Below are positions 39,723 to 50,783 of a stretch of DNA of 64,000 bases, one piece after another (within the stretch, counting starts at the first letter, position 1; each line of letters opens with the position of its first letter). The stretch is from the NCBI GenBank assembly GCA_035699605.1, contig DASSPN010000102.1, forward strand, positions 314-64,313, written 5' to 3'. The stretch comes from Nocardioidaceae bacterium (GTDB lineage Bacteria > Actinomycetota > Actinomycetes > Propionibacteriales > Nocardioidaceae). The position numbers were made by a program, and so were the translations under genes. Below the pieces are notes generated by a model. That model did not search any database, was not told the origin of the DNA, and was given only the letters and a program-made list of their open reading frames with translations.

Positions 39723-41252
39723 ATGAGCGACACGGTGCTGGGCCAGCGAGCGGTGGCGCGCTTCGCCGTGGTGTGGCAGGTCCGGATCGTCCTTGCCCTC
39801 CTGCTGATCGTGACCAACCTCGTGGGCGCGGTGGTCGTCTACTGCCTGGCGGCGCTCGTCGTACCCATGCCGGCCGTCGCCGACCCACCTCAGCTGCGGC
39901 TGGAGAACCTCGTGCTGGCTGCCTTCTACGTACCCGTCGCCGTGTTCATCGGCGGGCTGCGCGGGTGGGCGCTGACCCGGAAGATCACCAGCTGGCTGCG
40001 TGAGGGCCGCGACCCCGACGACGCCGAGCGCCGCGCGCTGCTGCGCACTCCCCTGCAGATGTTCGCCAGGCAGGCACTGCTCTGGAGCATCGCGGCCGTG
40101 CTGTTCGGCGCGTACAACGCCCAGGAGAGCATCGAGCTCGGCTGGCTCGTCGCGCTCATCGTCGGCCTGGCCGGACTGTCCACCTGCTCCGTGGCCTACC
40201 TGCTGACGGAGCGCGCCCTGCGCCCCATGGTTCGACGAGCGCTCGCCAGCGGGCTGCCCAAGCGTCTCGGGGTCCGGCCGGTGGCCGTGCGCGCGGTGCT
40301 CGCCTGGCTCCTCGGCAGCGGCATCTCCACTCTCGGCGTCGTCCTGGTCGGGCTCTCCGCCATCAGCGTTCTCACCGAGGACGAGGTCACCGAGGACGAC
40401 CTGTCGATCACGATGATCGTGCTCGGCGGTATCGCGTTCGTGATCGGGGGCCTCACGGCGTACCTCGCGGCGAAGGCGACGTCGGACCCGGTCCGAGCGC
40501 TGCGTCGAGCCGTGGCCGCCGTGGGTGAGGGCAAGCTCGACGTCGAGGTCCCGATCTACGACGGCACCGAGATCGGCATCCTGCAGGCCGGCTTCAACGA
40601 GATGGTCGCGGGGCTCCGGGAGCGTGAGCGGATCCGCGACCTGTTCGGACGGCACGTCGGTGACGACGTCGCGATGCGTGCGCTCACTCGTGGCGTCGAG
40701 CTCGGCGGCGAGGTGCGCGAGGTCGCCGTCCTGTTCGTCGACGTCGTGGGCTCCACGTCACTCGCCGAGAAGCTGCCCCCCGACGAGGTCGTCGCCGTGC
40801 TCAACCGCTTCTTCGACGTGGTCATCGACGTCGTGCACGAGTACGACGGCTGGATCAACAAGTTCGAGGGTGATGCAGCCCTCGCGATCTGGGGCGCCCC
40901 GGTCGCCGTCGAGGACCGCGACAGCAGGATCCTCGCCGCGGCGCGGGTGATGGGCGAGCGGCTCGCACGCGCTGTGCCCGAGGTCGGCGCGGGCATCGGG
41001 GTCTCGTCGGGCATGGCCGTCGCCGGGAACGTCGGCGCCGCGGAACGCTACGAGTACACCGTGATCGGCGACCCCGTGAACGAGGCCGCTCGCCTCACGG
41101 ACGTCGCCAAGACCGTCCCCCGCGGTGTCGTGGCCAACGCGCGCCTCGTCGACGGCGCGAGCCAGGACGAGGCGGCACGCTGGACCCCCCTCGAGCCGGT
41201 CGTGGTCCGTGGGCGCACCGAGCCGACTCCCCTCGCGACCCCACGCGACTGA
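39723..41252 (+). CDS. Membrane adenylate/guanylate cyclase (6TM-HAMP-class III cyclase)
   Basis: Multi-TM N-terminus, a HAMP segment ([10 protein letters not shown]...[12 protein letters not shown]), and cyclase motifs [12 protein letters not shown] and [14 protein letters not shown]. Confidence 0.85.
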   Translation: MSDTVLGQRAVARFAVVWQVRIVLALLLIVTNLVGAVVVYCLAALVVPMPAVADPPQLRLENLVLAAFYVPVAVFIGGLRGWALTRKITSWLREGRDPDDAERRALLRTPLQMFARQALLWSIAAVLFGAYNAQESIELGWLVALIVGLAGLSTCSVAYLLTERALRPMVRRALASGLPKRLGVRPVAVRAVLAWLLGSGISTLGVVLVGLSAISVLTEDEVTEDDLSITMIVLGGIAFVIGGLTAYLAAKATSDPVRALRRAVAAVGEGKLDVEVPIYDGTEIGILQAGFNEMVAGLRERERIRDLFGRHVGDDVAMRALTRGVELGGEVREVAVLFVDVVGSTSLAEKLPPDEVVAVLNRFFDVVIDVVHEYDGWINKFEGDAALAIWGAPVAVEDRDSRILAAARVMGERLARAVPEVGAGIGVSSGMAVAGNVGAAERYEYTVIGDPVNEAARLTDVAKTVPRGVVANARLVDGASQDEAARWTPLEPVVVRGRTEPTPLATPRD

Positions 41253-41276
41253 CCTGCGCAACGGTACGTTTGGCCG

Positions 41277-42815
41277 GTGAACCTCCAGGCGGCGGTGAAC
41301 CGCAAGCTCGAGTGGCTTCCGGTCCCCTGGCGCGTCCGGGCGGCGCTGAGCGTCGGCTTGTCGGTGGCCAACCTGATCGCGTTGCTCCTGGTCTTCCTGC
41401 TGCTGTACCTCGAGCTCGTCCCGCTTCCCGACGTCGCCGATCCCGGCGACCTGCGGCGCAACAACTTCATCCTGGCGCTGGTCCTCGTGGCGCTCCTGGG
41501 CCTCGCTGGCCTGTTCTACGCAATCCGGGACGTGGAGCCGATGGTGCGGCTGCTGGAGTCGCCCGAGCGACCGACCGACGAGCAGCGCCTCAAGGTGCTC
41601 GACGCGCCGCTGTTGTTCTTCGTCCGGCAGGCCGTGCTCTGGGCGATCAGCGCCGCCTGTTTCGGCGTCTACAACGCGGCCGCCGACCCCGAGCTGGGCC
41701 TCTCGGTCGCACTCGTCGTGGCGCTCGCGGGCCTGTCGGTCAGCAGCGTCACGTACCTGGTGACCGAGAGGTCGTTCCGTCCGCTTGCCGGCACTGTCCT
41801 CGCGTACGGCCTCCCGGAACGCCTGGGGGTACGCCGGGTCGCGACGCGACTGATCTTCGCGTGGGCCCTCGGCACCGGGATCGCGCTGTTCGGCATCATC
41901 GTCATCGGTGTCTCGGTGCTGACCGACCCGCAGGACGCGACCGTTCGTCAGCTGGCGATCACGATGGTGGTGCTCGGTGCGGCGGCCCTCGTCGTCGGCT
42001 CGGTCACCAACGTCATGGCAGCGCGCGCGAGCACCGACCCGATCCTGGCGTTGCGGCAGGGCGTCGCGAACGTCCGTGCCGGAGACTTCGACACCCGGGT
42101 CCACATCTACGACGGCACCGAGATCGGAGTGCTCCAGGCCGGCTTCAACGACATGGTCACCGGCCTCCAGGAGCGGGAGACGATTCGTGAGCTCTTCGGC
42201 AAGCACGTCGGCGACGACGTGGCCAGGCAGGCGCTGGAGGGCGGGGTCGAGCTCGGCGGCGAGGTGCGCGAGGTCGCCGTGCTGTTCGTCGACATCGTGG
42301 GGTCCACGACTCTCGCCGAGGACCTCCCCCCGGAACGGGTCGTCGGCCTGCTGAACCGGTTCTTCGACGTGGTCATCGATGTCGTGCACCAGTACGACGG
42401 GTGGATCAACAAGTTCCAGGGCGACGCGGCCCTCGCGATCTGGGGGGCGCCGACCGAGGTCGCCGAGCGGGACTCGTTGGTGCTCGCCGCCGCCCGCGTG
42501 ATGGGACGTCGGCTACGTGAGGAGGTGCCGGAGCTGAGCGCGGGCATCGGTGTCTCCGCCGGACGCGCGGTGGCGGGCAACGTGGGCGCGGCCGAACGCT
42601 ACGAGTACACCGTCATCGGTGATCCCGTGAACGAGGCGGCCCGGCTCACCGACGTCGCGAAGACCGTGCCCGGCGGCGTGGTCGCCAACGCGAAGCTGCT
42701 TCTGACAGCCGGCGGGGACGAGGTGCACTGGTGGAGCAGGCTCGAGCCCGTCGTCGTACGCGGGAAGACCGAGGCGACCGAGGTCGCCGCGCCCCGGCTG
42801 AACCTTCCTTCCTGA
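41277..42815 (+). CDS. Membrane adenylate/guanylate cyclase, tandem paralogue of the upstream gene
   Basis: Same architecture as the upstream gene. Long identical stretches such as [26 protein letters not shown] and [13 protein letters not shown]. Confidence 0.85.
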   Translation: MNLQAAVNRKLEWLPVPWRVRAALSVGLSVANLIALLLVFLLLYLELVPLPDVADPGDLRRNNFILALVLVALLGLAGLFYAIRDVEPMVRLLESPERPTDEQRLKVLDAPLLFFVRQAVLWAISAACFGVYNAAADPELGLSVALVVALAGLSVSSVTYLVTERSFRPLAGTVLAYGLPERLGVRRVATRLIFAWALGTGIALFGIIVIGVSVLTDPQDATVRQLAITMVVLGAAALVVGSVTNVMAARASTDPILALRQGVANVRAGDFDTRVHIYDGTEIGVLQAGFNDMVTGLQERETIRELFGKHVGDDVARQALEGGVELGGEVREVAVLFVDIVGSTTLAEDLPPERVVGLLNRFFDVVIDVVHQYDGWINKFQGDAALAIWGAPTEVAERDSLVLAAARVMGRRLREEVPELSAGIGVSAGRAVAGNVGAAERYEYTVIGDPVNEAARLTDVAKTVPGGVVANAKLLLTAGGDEVHWWSRLEPVVVRGKTEATEVAAPRLNLPS

Positions 42816-42819
42816 CCCG

Positions 42820-43908
42820 TCAGACCGTCGCGGCCCGCACGCACAGCACGTCGGGCAGGTGCTCGGCCACGACCTGCCACGAGTCACCCTCGTCCGCGCT
42901 GGCGAAGACCGTGCCGTCGCGGCTGCCGAAGTACACGCCCACCGGGTCTGCGTCGTCGGTGCACATCGCGTCCCGCATCACCCCGCTGAAGAAGCTGCGG
43001 TCCGGCAGTCCCTTGCCAAGTGCCTCCCAGGTCTCCCCCCTGTCGCGGGAGCGGTAGACGCGGCAGTCACCGTCGACCGGGAAGCGGCCGTCCGAGGCGG
43101 CCAGGGGGAAGAGCCAGACGGTCCCGTCGCTGCGCGGATGGGTCACGACCGGGAACCCGAACTCGCTCGGCAAGCCGTCGGCGATCGAGTTCCAGGTGTC
43201 GCCGTTGTCGTCGCTGCGGTAGACCCCGCCGTGGTTCTGCGCGTACAGCACGCGGTGCTCGGTGGCGCTCCGCGCGACCTTGTGCACGCACTGCCCGAAC
43301 TCGGGGTACTGCTGGTCCTCCGGGTTGAATTCCGCCTTGATGCCGACATTGGCCGGCGCCCACGACGTACCGCCGTCGAAGGTGCGGTAGACGCCACCCG
43401 TGGACATGGCCACGGTCACCTCCTGGGGATCCGTCGGATGCGGCAGGACCGTGTGGATCGCCTGGCCGCCGAAGCCGGCGCCCCACTCCTCCCGGTGGGG
43501 GTGGTCCCACAGGGATCGCACCATCTCGAAGTGCTCCCCGTTGTCGGTGGAGCGGAAGAGGGCGGAGGGCTCGGTGCCCGCCCAGACGACACCTGGCTCG
43601 GACTGCGACGGAGCCAGGGCCCAGACCGCCTCGAGGGACCGTCCGGTGTCCTCCGGGAAGCGCACCTCGCCCTCGGGTGTGGTGTCCCACGTCTTCCCGA
43701 GGTCGTCGGAACGCCGCACCTGCGGGCCCCAGTGCCAGTGCTTGGTCCCGGCGAGCAGCCGAGGACTTCCGGAGCGCGTGTCGATGGCCACCGACGGCAC
43801 CTCGGCCATCAGCTCGTCCGGCCCGTCCACCGTCCAGTCCTGGCGGTCCTGGCTCCGGGCGATCCACAGTCCCTTGCGGGTGCCGATCATGAGCACGGTC
43901 TCGGGCAT
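42820..43908 (-). CDS. BNR/Asp-box repeat beta-propeller protein (sialidase/xyloglucanase-like fold)
   Basis: Repeated S-x-D-x-G-x-T-W-like boxes: RSDDLGKTW, STDNGEHF, TFDGGTSW, SDDNGDTW, SRDRGETW and ADEGDSW. No signal peptide. Confidence 0.75.
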   Translation of the reverse strand: MPETVLMIGTRKGLWIARSQDRQDWTVDGPDELMAEVPSVAIDTRSGSPRLLAGTKHWHWGPQVRRSDDLGKTWDTTPEGEVRFPEDTGRSLEAVWALAPSQSEPGVVWAGTEPSALFRSTDNGEHFEMVRSLWDHPHREEWGAGFGGQAIHTVLPHPTDPQEVTVAMSTGGVYRTFDGGTSWAPANVGIKAEFNPEDQQYPEFGQCVHKVARSATEHRVLYAQNHGGVYRSDDNGDTWNSIADGLPSEFGFPVVTHPRSDGTVWLFPLAASDGRFPVDGDCRVYRSRDRGETWEALGKGLPDRSFFSGVMRDAMCTDDADPVGVYFGSRDGTVFASADEGDSWQVVAEHLPDVLCVRAATV

Positions 43909-44080
43909 GGCTCCTCCTCGCGCGTTGGGGTCTGGACTGTAGACCCGACCACCGACGGAAACTCATCGCCGCCGGGGTGCCCCAGTTCACATGAATGTCA
44001 CACTACGTTGATGCGGGCGAAGCCCGGGAGCACTAGGTTTCAGACTCAGGTAGCATCCTTCCCCCACCCGGAGCGCCACC

Positions 44081-44281
44081 ATGAATGTCTGGAAACTCGT
44101 CCAAGCAGTGAAGGACTGGCCCGTCACCAGCCAGCAGGCGGCGCGTCGCAACGCGCTGGTGGCATCCACGGCCCTGACCCAGCTCCGCATCGAACGAGCC
44201 GAGATCGAGGCCTTCGTCGAGGCGGCAGCTGCCCGGCACGAGGTTCGTGCCAACCGCGCCGCAGCAGTGAAGCTCGCCTGA
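44081..44281 (+). CDS. Small helical hypothetical protein
   Basis: 66 aa, with GGAG 10 nt upstream of the ATG. No family recognised. Confidence 0.4.
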   Translation: MNVWKLVQAVKDWPVTSQQAARRNALVASTALTQLRIERAEIEAFVEAAAARHEVRANRAAAVKLA

Positions 44282-44349
44282 CCCGACCGTGACCCCCGGA
44301 CGAGGCTTACGCAGCCCTCGACGGCAGGTCCCCCGGTAGGTTCGAGGGC

Positions 44350-45465
44350 GTGAAGCCCCTCGCGCTCCTCGTCGCACCCCTCCTTCTTCTCACCTCCTGC
44401 GCCGACGACCCGGCGGGAGACCCCGACGGTCTCGGGACGGTCTCCCCCGCGCCGCAGCCCTCGACCCGCACCGGCGAGCCGTCGACGACCATCGAGCCGT
44501 CCGGCCCGCGCGTGGTGGGCACCGTCGCCACCGGTCTCGCAGCGCCCTGGGGCGTCACCTTCCTGCCCGACGGCTCGGCACTCGTCAGCGAGCGCGACAC
44601 GACGAGAGTCGTGTCGATCGCACCTTCGGGCCGGGTGCGCGAGGTCGGGCGCCTGTCGATCGCTGCTCCTCGGGGCGAGGCCGGACTGCTCGGCCTGGCC
44701 GCGTCGCCGTCGTTCGACGAGGACGGCCTGGTCTACGCCTACGTCTCGACGGCCGAGGACAACCGCGTCGTCCGCATGGAGTACGACGGGAAGAGGCTCG
44801 GTGCGCCTGAGGACGTGCTGACCGGGATCCCAAACGGCTTCATCCACGACGGTGGTCGGCTGCTCTTCGACGACGACGGGAACCTGTTCGTGTCCACCGG
44901 CGAGATCGGCGAGCGCGAGCGCGCCCAGGACGCCGACGACCTGGCCGGCAAGATCCTGCACATCACCCCTGACGGCGAACCGGCGCCGGACAACCCGGTC
45001 TCCGGCTCGCCGGTGTGGACGATGGGCCACCGCAACGTGCAGGGCCTGGCCTTCGACGACGCCGGTCGGCTCTGGGCCACTGAGTTCGGGCAGAACACCT
45101 GGGACGAGCTCAACCTCATCGAGCGCGGCCGCAACTACGGCTGGCCCGTGCACGAAGGCAAGGCGGACGACGACAGCTACCGGAACCCGCACGTCCAGTG
45201 GCGGACCTCGGAGGCCTCCCCCTCGGGCCTCGCCTTCGTCGACGGGGCGCTCTGGGCTGCCTCCCTGCGCGGCGAGCGCCTCTGGCGGGTCCCGGTCACC
45301 GAGGACGGCGTGGGACAGCCCGAGGACTTCTTCGTCGGCGACTACGGCCGGATCCGGACGATCGTCGTCGCTCCCGACGGTCTGCTGTGGGTCACCACGA
45401 GCAACCGCGACGGCAGGGGGACTCCTGCCGCCGACGACGACCGGATCCTGCTCGTTCAGCCCTGA
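44350..45465 (+). CDS. PQQ-dependent sugar (glucose/sorbosone) dehydrogenase-like lipoprotein
   Basis: Lipobox LLLTSC. Beta-propeller motifs APWGVTFLPDG, HDGGRLLFD, MGHRNVQGLAFD and NYGWP. Confidence 0.8.
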   Translation: MKPLALLVAPLLLLTSCADDPAGDPDGLGTVSPAPQPSTRTGEPSTTIEPSGPRVVGTVATGLAAPWGVTFLPDGSALVSERDTTRVVSIAPSGRVREVGRLSIAAPRGEAGLLGLAASPSFDEDGLVYAYVSTAEDNRVVRMEYDGKRLGAPEDVLTGIPNGFIHDGGRLLFDDDGNLFVSTGEIGERERAQDADDLAGKILHITPDGEPAPDNPVSGSPVWTMGHRNVQGLAFDDAGRLWATEFGQNTWDELNLIERGRNYGWPVHEGKADDDSYRNPHVQWRTSEASPSGLAFVDGALWAASLRGERLWRVPVTEDGVGQPEDFFVGDYGRIRTIVVAPDGLLWVTTSNRDGRGTPAADDDRILLVQP

Positions 45466-46475
45466 CGGCGCACCCCGCTCGGCGGCATCCCGCGAGCCCG
45501 CTTGAAGGCTCGGCTGAATGCCTCCTCCGCCTCGTAGCCCACCCGGTGTGCGACCGCAGCGACGCTGAGCTCGGTGGTTCGCAGCAGGTCCTCGGCGACG
45601 TGCATGCGCCACTCGGCCAGATAGCGGATCGGCGAGAGACCGAGAGCCGCACGGAACCGCTCGTCGAGCAGCGACACCGACACGTGAGCGGTGTGGGCCA
45701 GGTCGATCAGCGTCCACTTGCGATCGGGGTCTCCGTGGATCGCGGCCAGTGCCGGCGCGAGCACCGGGTCTCGCAGCGCGGCGACCCACCCCGACTCCGA
45801 GGCGGGCGCTTTCGCCAGGTGCAGCTTCAGCATCTCCACCAGGAGCAGCTCGGGCACCTGGGTGGGAGCCTCGAAGTGCCGGTCCGACACGAGAGCGGTC
45901 TGTTGCGCGGCGTACTCGATGCTGGCCTGGACCCAGTCGCGCGCGGGACCCTCGGGCGGCGACACCACGAACACCGACGGCAGCGCGCGGAGCCGAGGGT
46001 CGAAGAGGGGGTCCCGGCAGGCGAGGTACCCGCAGACGATGTGGGTCGGCTCGCCGCCCTGCCCGTGCTGCACCACAGGCATCTCCGCCCACGGCGGGTC
46101 CTCGAGCAGTCCCGCCATCGGCGCGAGGTCAGCGGCCTCGCGTCCGCCCATGCGGTGCGTGTCGCCGTACGGCAGGACGATCACGTCGCCGGCATCTGCC
46201 CACCGTCGCTCCGAGTCATCCGTCTCGATCCAGGCGCGACCCGAGGCGATGACGTGGAACAGGACGATCCGCTCCTCCCCCGGAGCCAGCACCGCGGTCG
46301 CGTCGGCGGCCGGGATCGACTCGTAGGCCCACGCCTCGGTGTAGACGCCCCGCAGGAAGATCGCGCCGTGCAGCTTGAGGCCGGCCACCGCCCTGGCGAG
46401 AGCAGTGCTGGCATCCCGGTCAGGTGCCCTGGCTGAGCGGTCATGGCCCTCGAGGACATCCGCCATGAGACTCAT
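45456..46475 (-). CDS. AraC family transcriptional regulator (cupin-type sensor plus HTH)
   Basis: The C-terminal LAHTAHVSVSLLDERFRAALGLSPIRYLAEWRMHVAEDLL...VGYEAEEAFSRAFKRARGMPP is an AraC HTH pair. Confidence 0.8.
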   Translation of the reverse strand: MSLMADVLEGHDRSARAPDRDASTALARAVAGLKLHGAIFLRGVYTEAWAYESIPAADATAVLAPGEERIVLFHVIASGRAWIETDDSERRWADAGDVIVLPYGDTHRMGGREAADLAPMAGLLEDPPWAEMPVVQHGQGGEPTHIVCGYLACRDPLFDPRLRALPSVFVVSPPEGPARDWVQASIEYAAQQTALVSDRHFEAPTQVPELLLVEMLKLHLAKAPASESGWVAALRDPVLAPALAAIHGDPDRKWTLIDLAHTAHVSVSLLDERFRAALGLSPIRYLAEWRMHVAEDLLRTTELSVAAVAHRVGYEAEEAFSRAFKRARGMPPSGVRRQG

Positions 46476-46531
46476 GATGTCCACCGACGGGCGGGACCGG
46501 AAGGCCCCGCAGCACACGTAAGGAGTTCGAC

Positions 46532-46786
46532 ATGCCTCTCTTCATGGACGTGCACGAGACCCTTCCTGACGGAGCAACGGCGACCGACGTGGCGGGTGCG
46601 CACGAGGCCGACCTGAAGATCCAGGACGAGTACGGCGTGAAGTACCTGCGCTACTGGGTCGACGAGGCGAACGGCAAGGTGTTCTGCCTGGCCGAGGCGC
46701 CGAACGCCGACGCCGCCATCGCAGTCCACCGTGACGCCCACGGCCTCCTCGCCGACAAGATCTACGAGGTCGTCGAGGGCAGCTGA
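46532..46786 (+). CDS. DUF4242 (SCO4226-like) small protein
   Basis: MPLFMDVHE...KYLRYWVDE..GKVFCLAEAP..DAA..VHR.AHG matches, from memory, the DUF4242 pattern. AAGGAG RBS. Confidence 0.65.
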   Translation: MPLFMDVHETLPDGATATDVAGAHEADLKIQDEYGVKYLRYWVDEANGKVFCLAEAPNADAAIAVHRDAHGLLADKIYEVVEGS

Positions 46787-46806
46787 TGCAGCAGTAGCAT
46801 CCGAGC

Positions 46807-49293
46807 GTGCTGCTCGAACGCGGCTCGCAGCTGCAGACGCTGAGCCTTCTCGTGGACGACGCCCGGGCGGGTCGGGGTTCCGTCGCGCTGGTCGAGGGTG
46901 AGGCAGGGTGCGGGAAGAGCACCCTGCTGCGGGCCGGGACGAGCGCCATGGACTCCTGGTGGGGATACTGCGACCCGCTGTCCACCCCGCGCCCGCTCGG
47001 GCCGCTGCTCGACATCGCGTCACAGGTGCCGGGCCTCGTCCTGGGTGTCGACCCGTTCGAGGCGTACGACGTCCTGCTGCGACTGGCCCGTGACCGGGTC
47101 GACCCGGTGGCGATCGTCGTCGAGGACGTCCACTGGGCCGACGAGGCGACGCTGGGGATGCTGTTGCACCTCGGTCGGCGGATCACCGACACGCATGCCG
47201 TCGTCGCCGTGAGCTTCCGGGGCGACGAGGTGTCGCCGAGCCTCCGTCGCATGCTGGGCGACCTGGGGCGGCACCCGCACACCCACCGCCTCGAGGTCGG
47301 CCCGCTCTCCCTCGGCTCCGTCCTCGAGCTCGCCGGTCCGGCCGGGCTCGACGCAGCCGCGCTGCACGCTGCTACGGCAGGCAACCCGTTCTTCGTCTCG
47401 GAGATCGTCGCGTCCGGCGGTGACGTCCCCGCCAACGTCCGCGACGCGGTGCTCGCCCGCAACGCTGCGCTCCCGGCGGCCGCCCGGGACACCATCGAGC
47501 TGGTGTCTGCCGAGCCCCGGGGGCTCGAGCTCGAGCACGTGCCCGGTGTCGACGCCACCCGCGGAGTGCTGGCGGTCGCCGACGGTGTGGTGCGGTTCCG
47601 CCACGACCTGGCCCGCCGCACGACGTACGACTCCCTTGCTCCCGACCGCAGGGTCCAGCTGCACCGCCGGCTGCTCGGGCTGCTCGCGGGCTCGCGTGAC
47701 GTCGCCCGACTCGCGCACCACGCCGTGGGCACGCGCGACCCCGCACTCGTCGTGGCCCACGCCTGGCCCGCCGCCGCGGAGGCGCTCGCCCGCGGAGCCC
47801 ACCTGGAGGCGCTCGCCCTCTACCAGGCGGTGTCGGCGCAGGAGAGCGTGCTCACCTCCGAGCAGCGCACCCAGGTGCTGCTCGAGGTCGCCGACACCCT
47901 CAGCCGTCTCGACCTCCAGGAGCGCTCGACCGACACCGCACGACGCGCCGTCGGCGAGGCGGAGCGCAGCGGCGACACGTTGCTGCTCGGGAAGGCGCGG
48001 TTCATGCTCGCCCGTGCGCTGTGGCGAACCGGGGCGTCTGCCGAGGCGGGCGACGTCGGCGAGCAGGCCGTGGTCACGCTGCGACCCCTCGGCCCCACCT
48101 CAGCACTGGCCGACGCGCTCCGGGGGGCGGCACAGGCGCAGATGCTGGCGCGGCACCACCTTCCGGCTCTCACCCGAGTGCGCCAAGCGGCCGACGTCGC
48201 CGCTCAGGTCGGGGACGAGGCTGCATCGATCCGTGCCGAGCTCATCGAGGGCACCATCGAGCTGGTCACCGGCGATCCCGACCGTGGCGTCGAGCTCCTG
48301 CTCTCCTCGCTCGAGCGGGCGCGACGCCGCGACGACCGCCAGATCGTGGTCGAGTCGCTCGGCATGCTGGGTAGTGGCGGCGGCGAGGCCAGGCTCTACG
48401 ACCGCGCCTACCGCTGTCTCACCGAGCTCAGCGCGATGGCCCAGGACCGCAACCACGACTACCAGGTCGCGTACTCGACGTCCTGGCAGGCACGCATCCG
48501 CTGCGAGCAGGGCCGGTTCGACGAAGCGCTCGCCCTCGCCGAGCCACTGACCGAGTCGCAGGGCTCGCCGATCAGCCTCGCCACCGCCCTCGGCGTCGTC
48601 GGCCGGGTCAGGGTTCGACGCGGCGACGCCGACGCGATGGCACCGTTGGACCGCGTGGTCGCGCTGACGGGGCTGGAGCTCCAGCATCGCTGGGTCTCGC
48701 TCTGCGCGCTCGCTGAGCTGCACTGGCTCGCCGGCGACCTCGAGGCCGGGCGGAACGCCGTACGCGACGCCTATGCGCAGTCCCTCACCACCGACAGCCC
48801 ATGGGCACAGGGTGAGCTCGGGTACTGGCTGTGGCGCAACGAGGGCCTCGACGTCCCGCCGCCCCTCGCCGCGAAGCCCTTCGCCGCGCACATGCGGGGG
48901 GACTGGGCGGCTGCCGCCGACCTGTGGGCGGGGATCGGTTGCCCGTACGAGCAGGCGCTCGCCCTGCTCGACGGCGACGCGGACGCCGTGCTCTCCGGGC
49001 TCGCCCTCCTCGACCGCCTGGGCGCCCGGCCGCTGGCCGTCCGAGCCCGGCGTCGCCTTGCGGACCTCGGCGTCGGGCGCGCGCCTCGCCGTACGACGCT
49101 CGCCCATCCCCTCGGTCTCACCGAGCGGGAGGCCGAGGTCCACGCGCTGCTGCGTGAAGGCCTCACCAACGCCGAGATCGCCGACCGCCTCGTCCTGTCG
49201 ACGCGGACCGTGGACCACCATGTCTCCGCCGTGCTCCGCAAGACCGGTGTGTCCTCACGCAGCGAGCTGCGGGACGGCTTCAGCAGCTCCTAG
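46807..49293 (+). CDS. Large ATP-binding LuxR-family regulator (LAL type: AAA/P-loop, helical repeats, LuxR HTH)
   Basis: Walker [10 protein letters not shown], Walker [10 protein letters not shown], and C-terminal [42 protein letters not shown]. Confidence 0.85.
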   Translation: MLLERGSQLQTLSLLVDDARAGRGSVALVEGEAGCGKSTLLRAGTSAMDSWWGYCDPLSTPRPLGPLLDIASQVPGLVLGVDPFEAYDVLLRLARDRVDPVAIVVEDVHWADEATLGMLLHLGRRITDTHAVVAVSFRGDEVSPSLRRMLGDLGRHPHTHRLEVGPLSLGSVLELAGPAGLDAAALHAATAGNPFFVSEIVASGGDVPANVRDAVLARNAALPAAARDTIELVSAEPRGLELEHVPGVDATRGVLAVADGVVRFRHDLARRTTYDSLAPDRRVQLHRRLLGLLAGSRDVARLAHHAVGTRDPALVVAHAWPAAAEALARGAHLEALALYQAVSAQESVLTSEQRTQVLLEVADTLSRLDLQERSTDTARRAVGEAERSGDTLLLGKARFMLARALWRTGASAEAGDVGEQAVVTLRPLGPTSALADALRGAAQAQMLARHHLPALTRVRQAADVAAQVGDEAASIRAELIEGTIELVTGDPDRGVELLLSSLERARRRDDRQIVVESLGMLGSGGGEARLYDRAYRCLTELSAMAQDRNHDYQVAYSTSWQARIRCEQGRFDEALALAEPLTESQGSPISLATALGVVGRVRVRRGDADAMAPLDRVVALTGLELQHRWVSLCALAELHWLAGDLEAGRNAVRDAYAQSLTTDSPWAQGELGYWLWRNEGLDVPPPLAAKPFAAHMRGDWAAAADLWAGIGCPYEQALALLDGDADAVLSGLALLDRLGARPLAVRARRRLADLGVGRAPRRTTLAHPLGLTEREAEVHALLREGLTNAEIADRLVLSTRTVDHHVSAVLRKTGVSSRSELRDGFSSS

Positions 49294-50783
49294 GTCAGCT
49301 TCTCCAGGATCAGCTCCCGAACGCGGGCAGCATCTGCTTGGCCCTTCATCTCCTGCATGACCGAGCCGATCAGGGCGCCGGCAGCGGCGACCTTGCCGTC
49401 ACGGATCTTGTCGGCGACGTCGGGGTTGGCGGCGATCGCACGGTCGACCGCATCGGACAGTGCGCCCTCGTCGGAGACGACGGCAAGGCCGCGCGCGGTG
49501 ACGACCTCGTCGGGCGAGCCCTCGCCGGCGAGGACCCCGTCGAAGACCTGACGTGCGAGCTTGTCGTTGATCTTGCCCTCGTCGACGAGCGCCTGGATGC
49601 GGGCGACGTCTGCCGGGCTGATCGCGAGGTCGGCCAGCTCGACGCCCTGCTCGTTCGCGCGGCGGGCGAGCTCGGAGAGCCACCACTTCCGGGCGGCCTG
49701 AGGTGCGGCTCCTGCGGCGACCGTCTGCTCGACGAGTACGACGGCACCGGCGCCGACCGTGTCGCGCATCTCGAGGTCGGAGAAGCCCCACTCGGCCTGC
49801 AGCCGGGCGCGGCGCTCACGCGGAGGTTCGGGCAGCGTGGCCCGGAGCTCCTCGACCCATTCCCGGCTCGGCGCGACCGGCACGAGGTCGGGCTCGGGGA
49901 AGTAGCGGTAGTCCTCGGCCTCCTCCTTCGAGCGGCCCGGCGTCGTCGCACCGGTGTCCTCGTGGAAGTGCCGGGTCTCCTGGGTCACCGCGCCACCGTC
50001 GAGCAGGATGGCGGCGTGGCGAGCGGCCTCGAAGCGTACGGCGCGCTCGACCGAGCGGAGCGAGTTCACGTTCTTGGTCTCCGACCGCTTGCCGTACGGC
50101 GCGTCGGGCGACTCGCGCAGGGAGAGGTTCACGTCGCAGCGCAGCGAGCCCTGCTCCATGCGGACGTCGGACACCCCGAGGCCGAGCAGCAGCTCGCGCA
50201 GGTGGGCGACGTACGCCTTGGCGACCAGCGGCGCCAGGGCACCGGTGCCCTCGATCGGCTTGGTGACGATCTCGATGAGGGGGATGCCGGCGCGGTTGTA
50301 GTCGAGCAGGGAGAAGTCGGCGCCGTGGATCCGTCCGGTGTCCCCGCCGACGTGCAGCGACTTTCCGGTGTCCTCCTCCATGTGCGCCCGCTCGATCGGG
50401 ATGCGGTACGTCGTTCCCTCCACCTCCACCTCGGTCCAGCCGTCGAACGCGATCGGCTCGTCGTACTGGGAGGTCTGGAAGTTCTTCGGCATGTCCGGGT
50501 AGAAGTAGTTCTTCCGGGCGAAGCGGCACCACTCGGCGATCTGGCAGTTCAGCGCCAGGCCGATCCGGATCGCCGACTCCACTGCCTTCCTGTTCACGAC
50601 CGGCATCGAACCGGGCAGGCCGAGGCAGGTCGGGCAGACCTGGGAGTTGGGCTCGGCGCCGAACTCGGTGGAGCACCCGCAGAACATCTTCGACACGGTG
50701 TTGAGCTCGACGTGGACCTCGAGGCCGAGGACCGGGTCGAACTTCTCCATCGCCTCCTCGAAGGAGACCTGGGTCGTCGTCAC
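49290..50783 (-). CDS. gatB: Asp-tRNA(Asn)/Glu-tRNA(Gln) amidotransferase subunit B
   Basis: [30 protein letters not shown] and RCDVNLS. GTG 50783 overlaps the gatA stop. Confidence 0.9.
   Translation of the reverse strand: MTTTQVSFEEAMEKFDPVLGLEVHVELNTVSKMFCGCSTEFGAEPNSQVCPTCLGLPGSMPVVNRKAVESAIRIGLALNCQIAEWCRFARKNYFYPDMPKNFQTSQYDEPIAFDGWTEVEVEGTTYRIPIERAHMEEDTGKSLHVGGDTGRIHGADFSLLDYNRAGIPLIEIVTKPIEGTGALAPLVAKAYVAHLRELLLGLGVSDVRMEQGSLRCDVNLSLRESPDAPYGKRSETKNVNSLRSVERAVRFEAARHAAILLDGGAVTQETRHFHEDTGATTPGRSKEEAEDYRYFPEPDLVPVAPSREWVEELRATLPEPPRERRARLQAEWGFSDLEMRDTVGAGAVVLVEQTVAAGAAPQAARKWWLSELARRANEQGVELADLAISPADVARIQALVDEGKINDKLARQVFDGVLAGEGSPDEVVTARGLAVVSDEGALSDAVDRAIAANPDVADKIRDGKVAAAGALIGSVMQEMKGQADAARVRELILEKLT

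Noticed and set aside
37953-40655. 900-aa ORF read as a single gene, and likewise 49290-51848 (852 aa) and 728-1555 (275 aa)
   Set aside because: N-terminal extensions are compositionally aberrant and overlap neighbouring genes. Conserved N-termini of IlvD ([11 protein letters not shown]) and GatB ([14 protein letters not shown]), or a signal anchor, define the shorter starts used.
43987-46092. 701-aa minus-strand ORF
   Set aside because: It is antisense to the PQQ-dependent dehydrogenase gene and out of frame with the AraC gene. Arg/Gly/Pro-rich.
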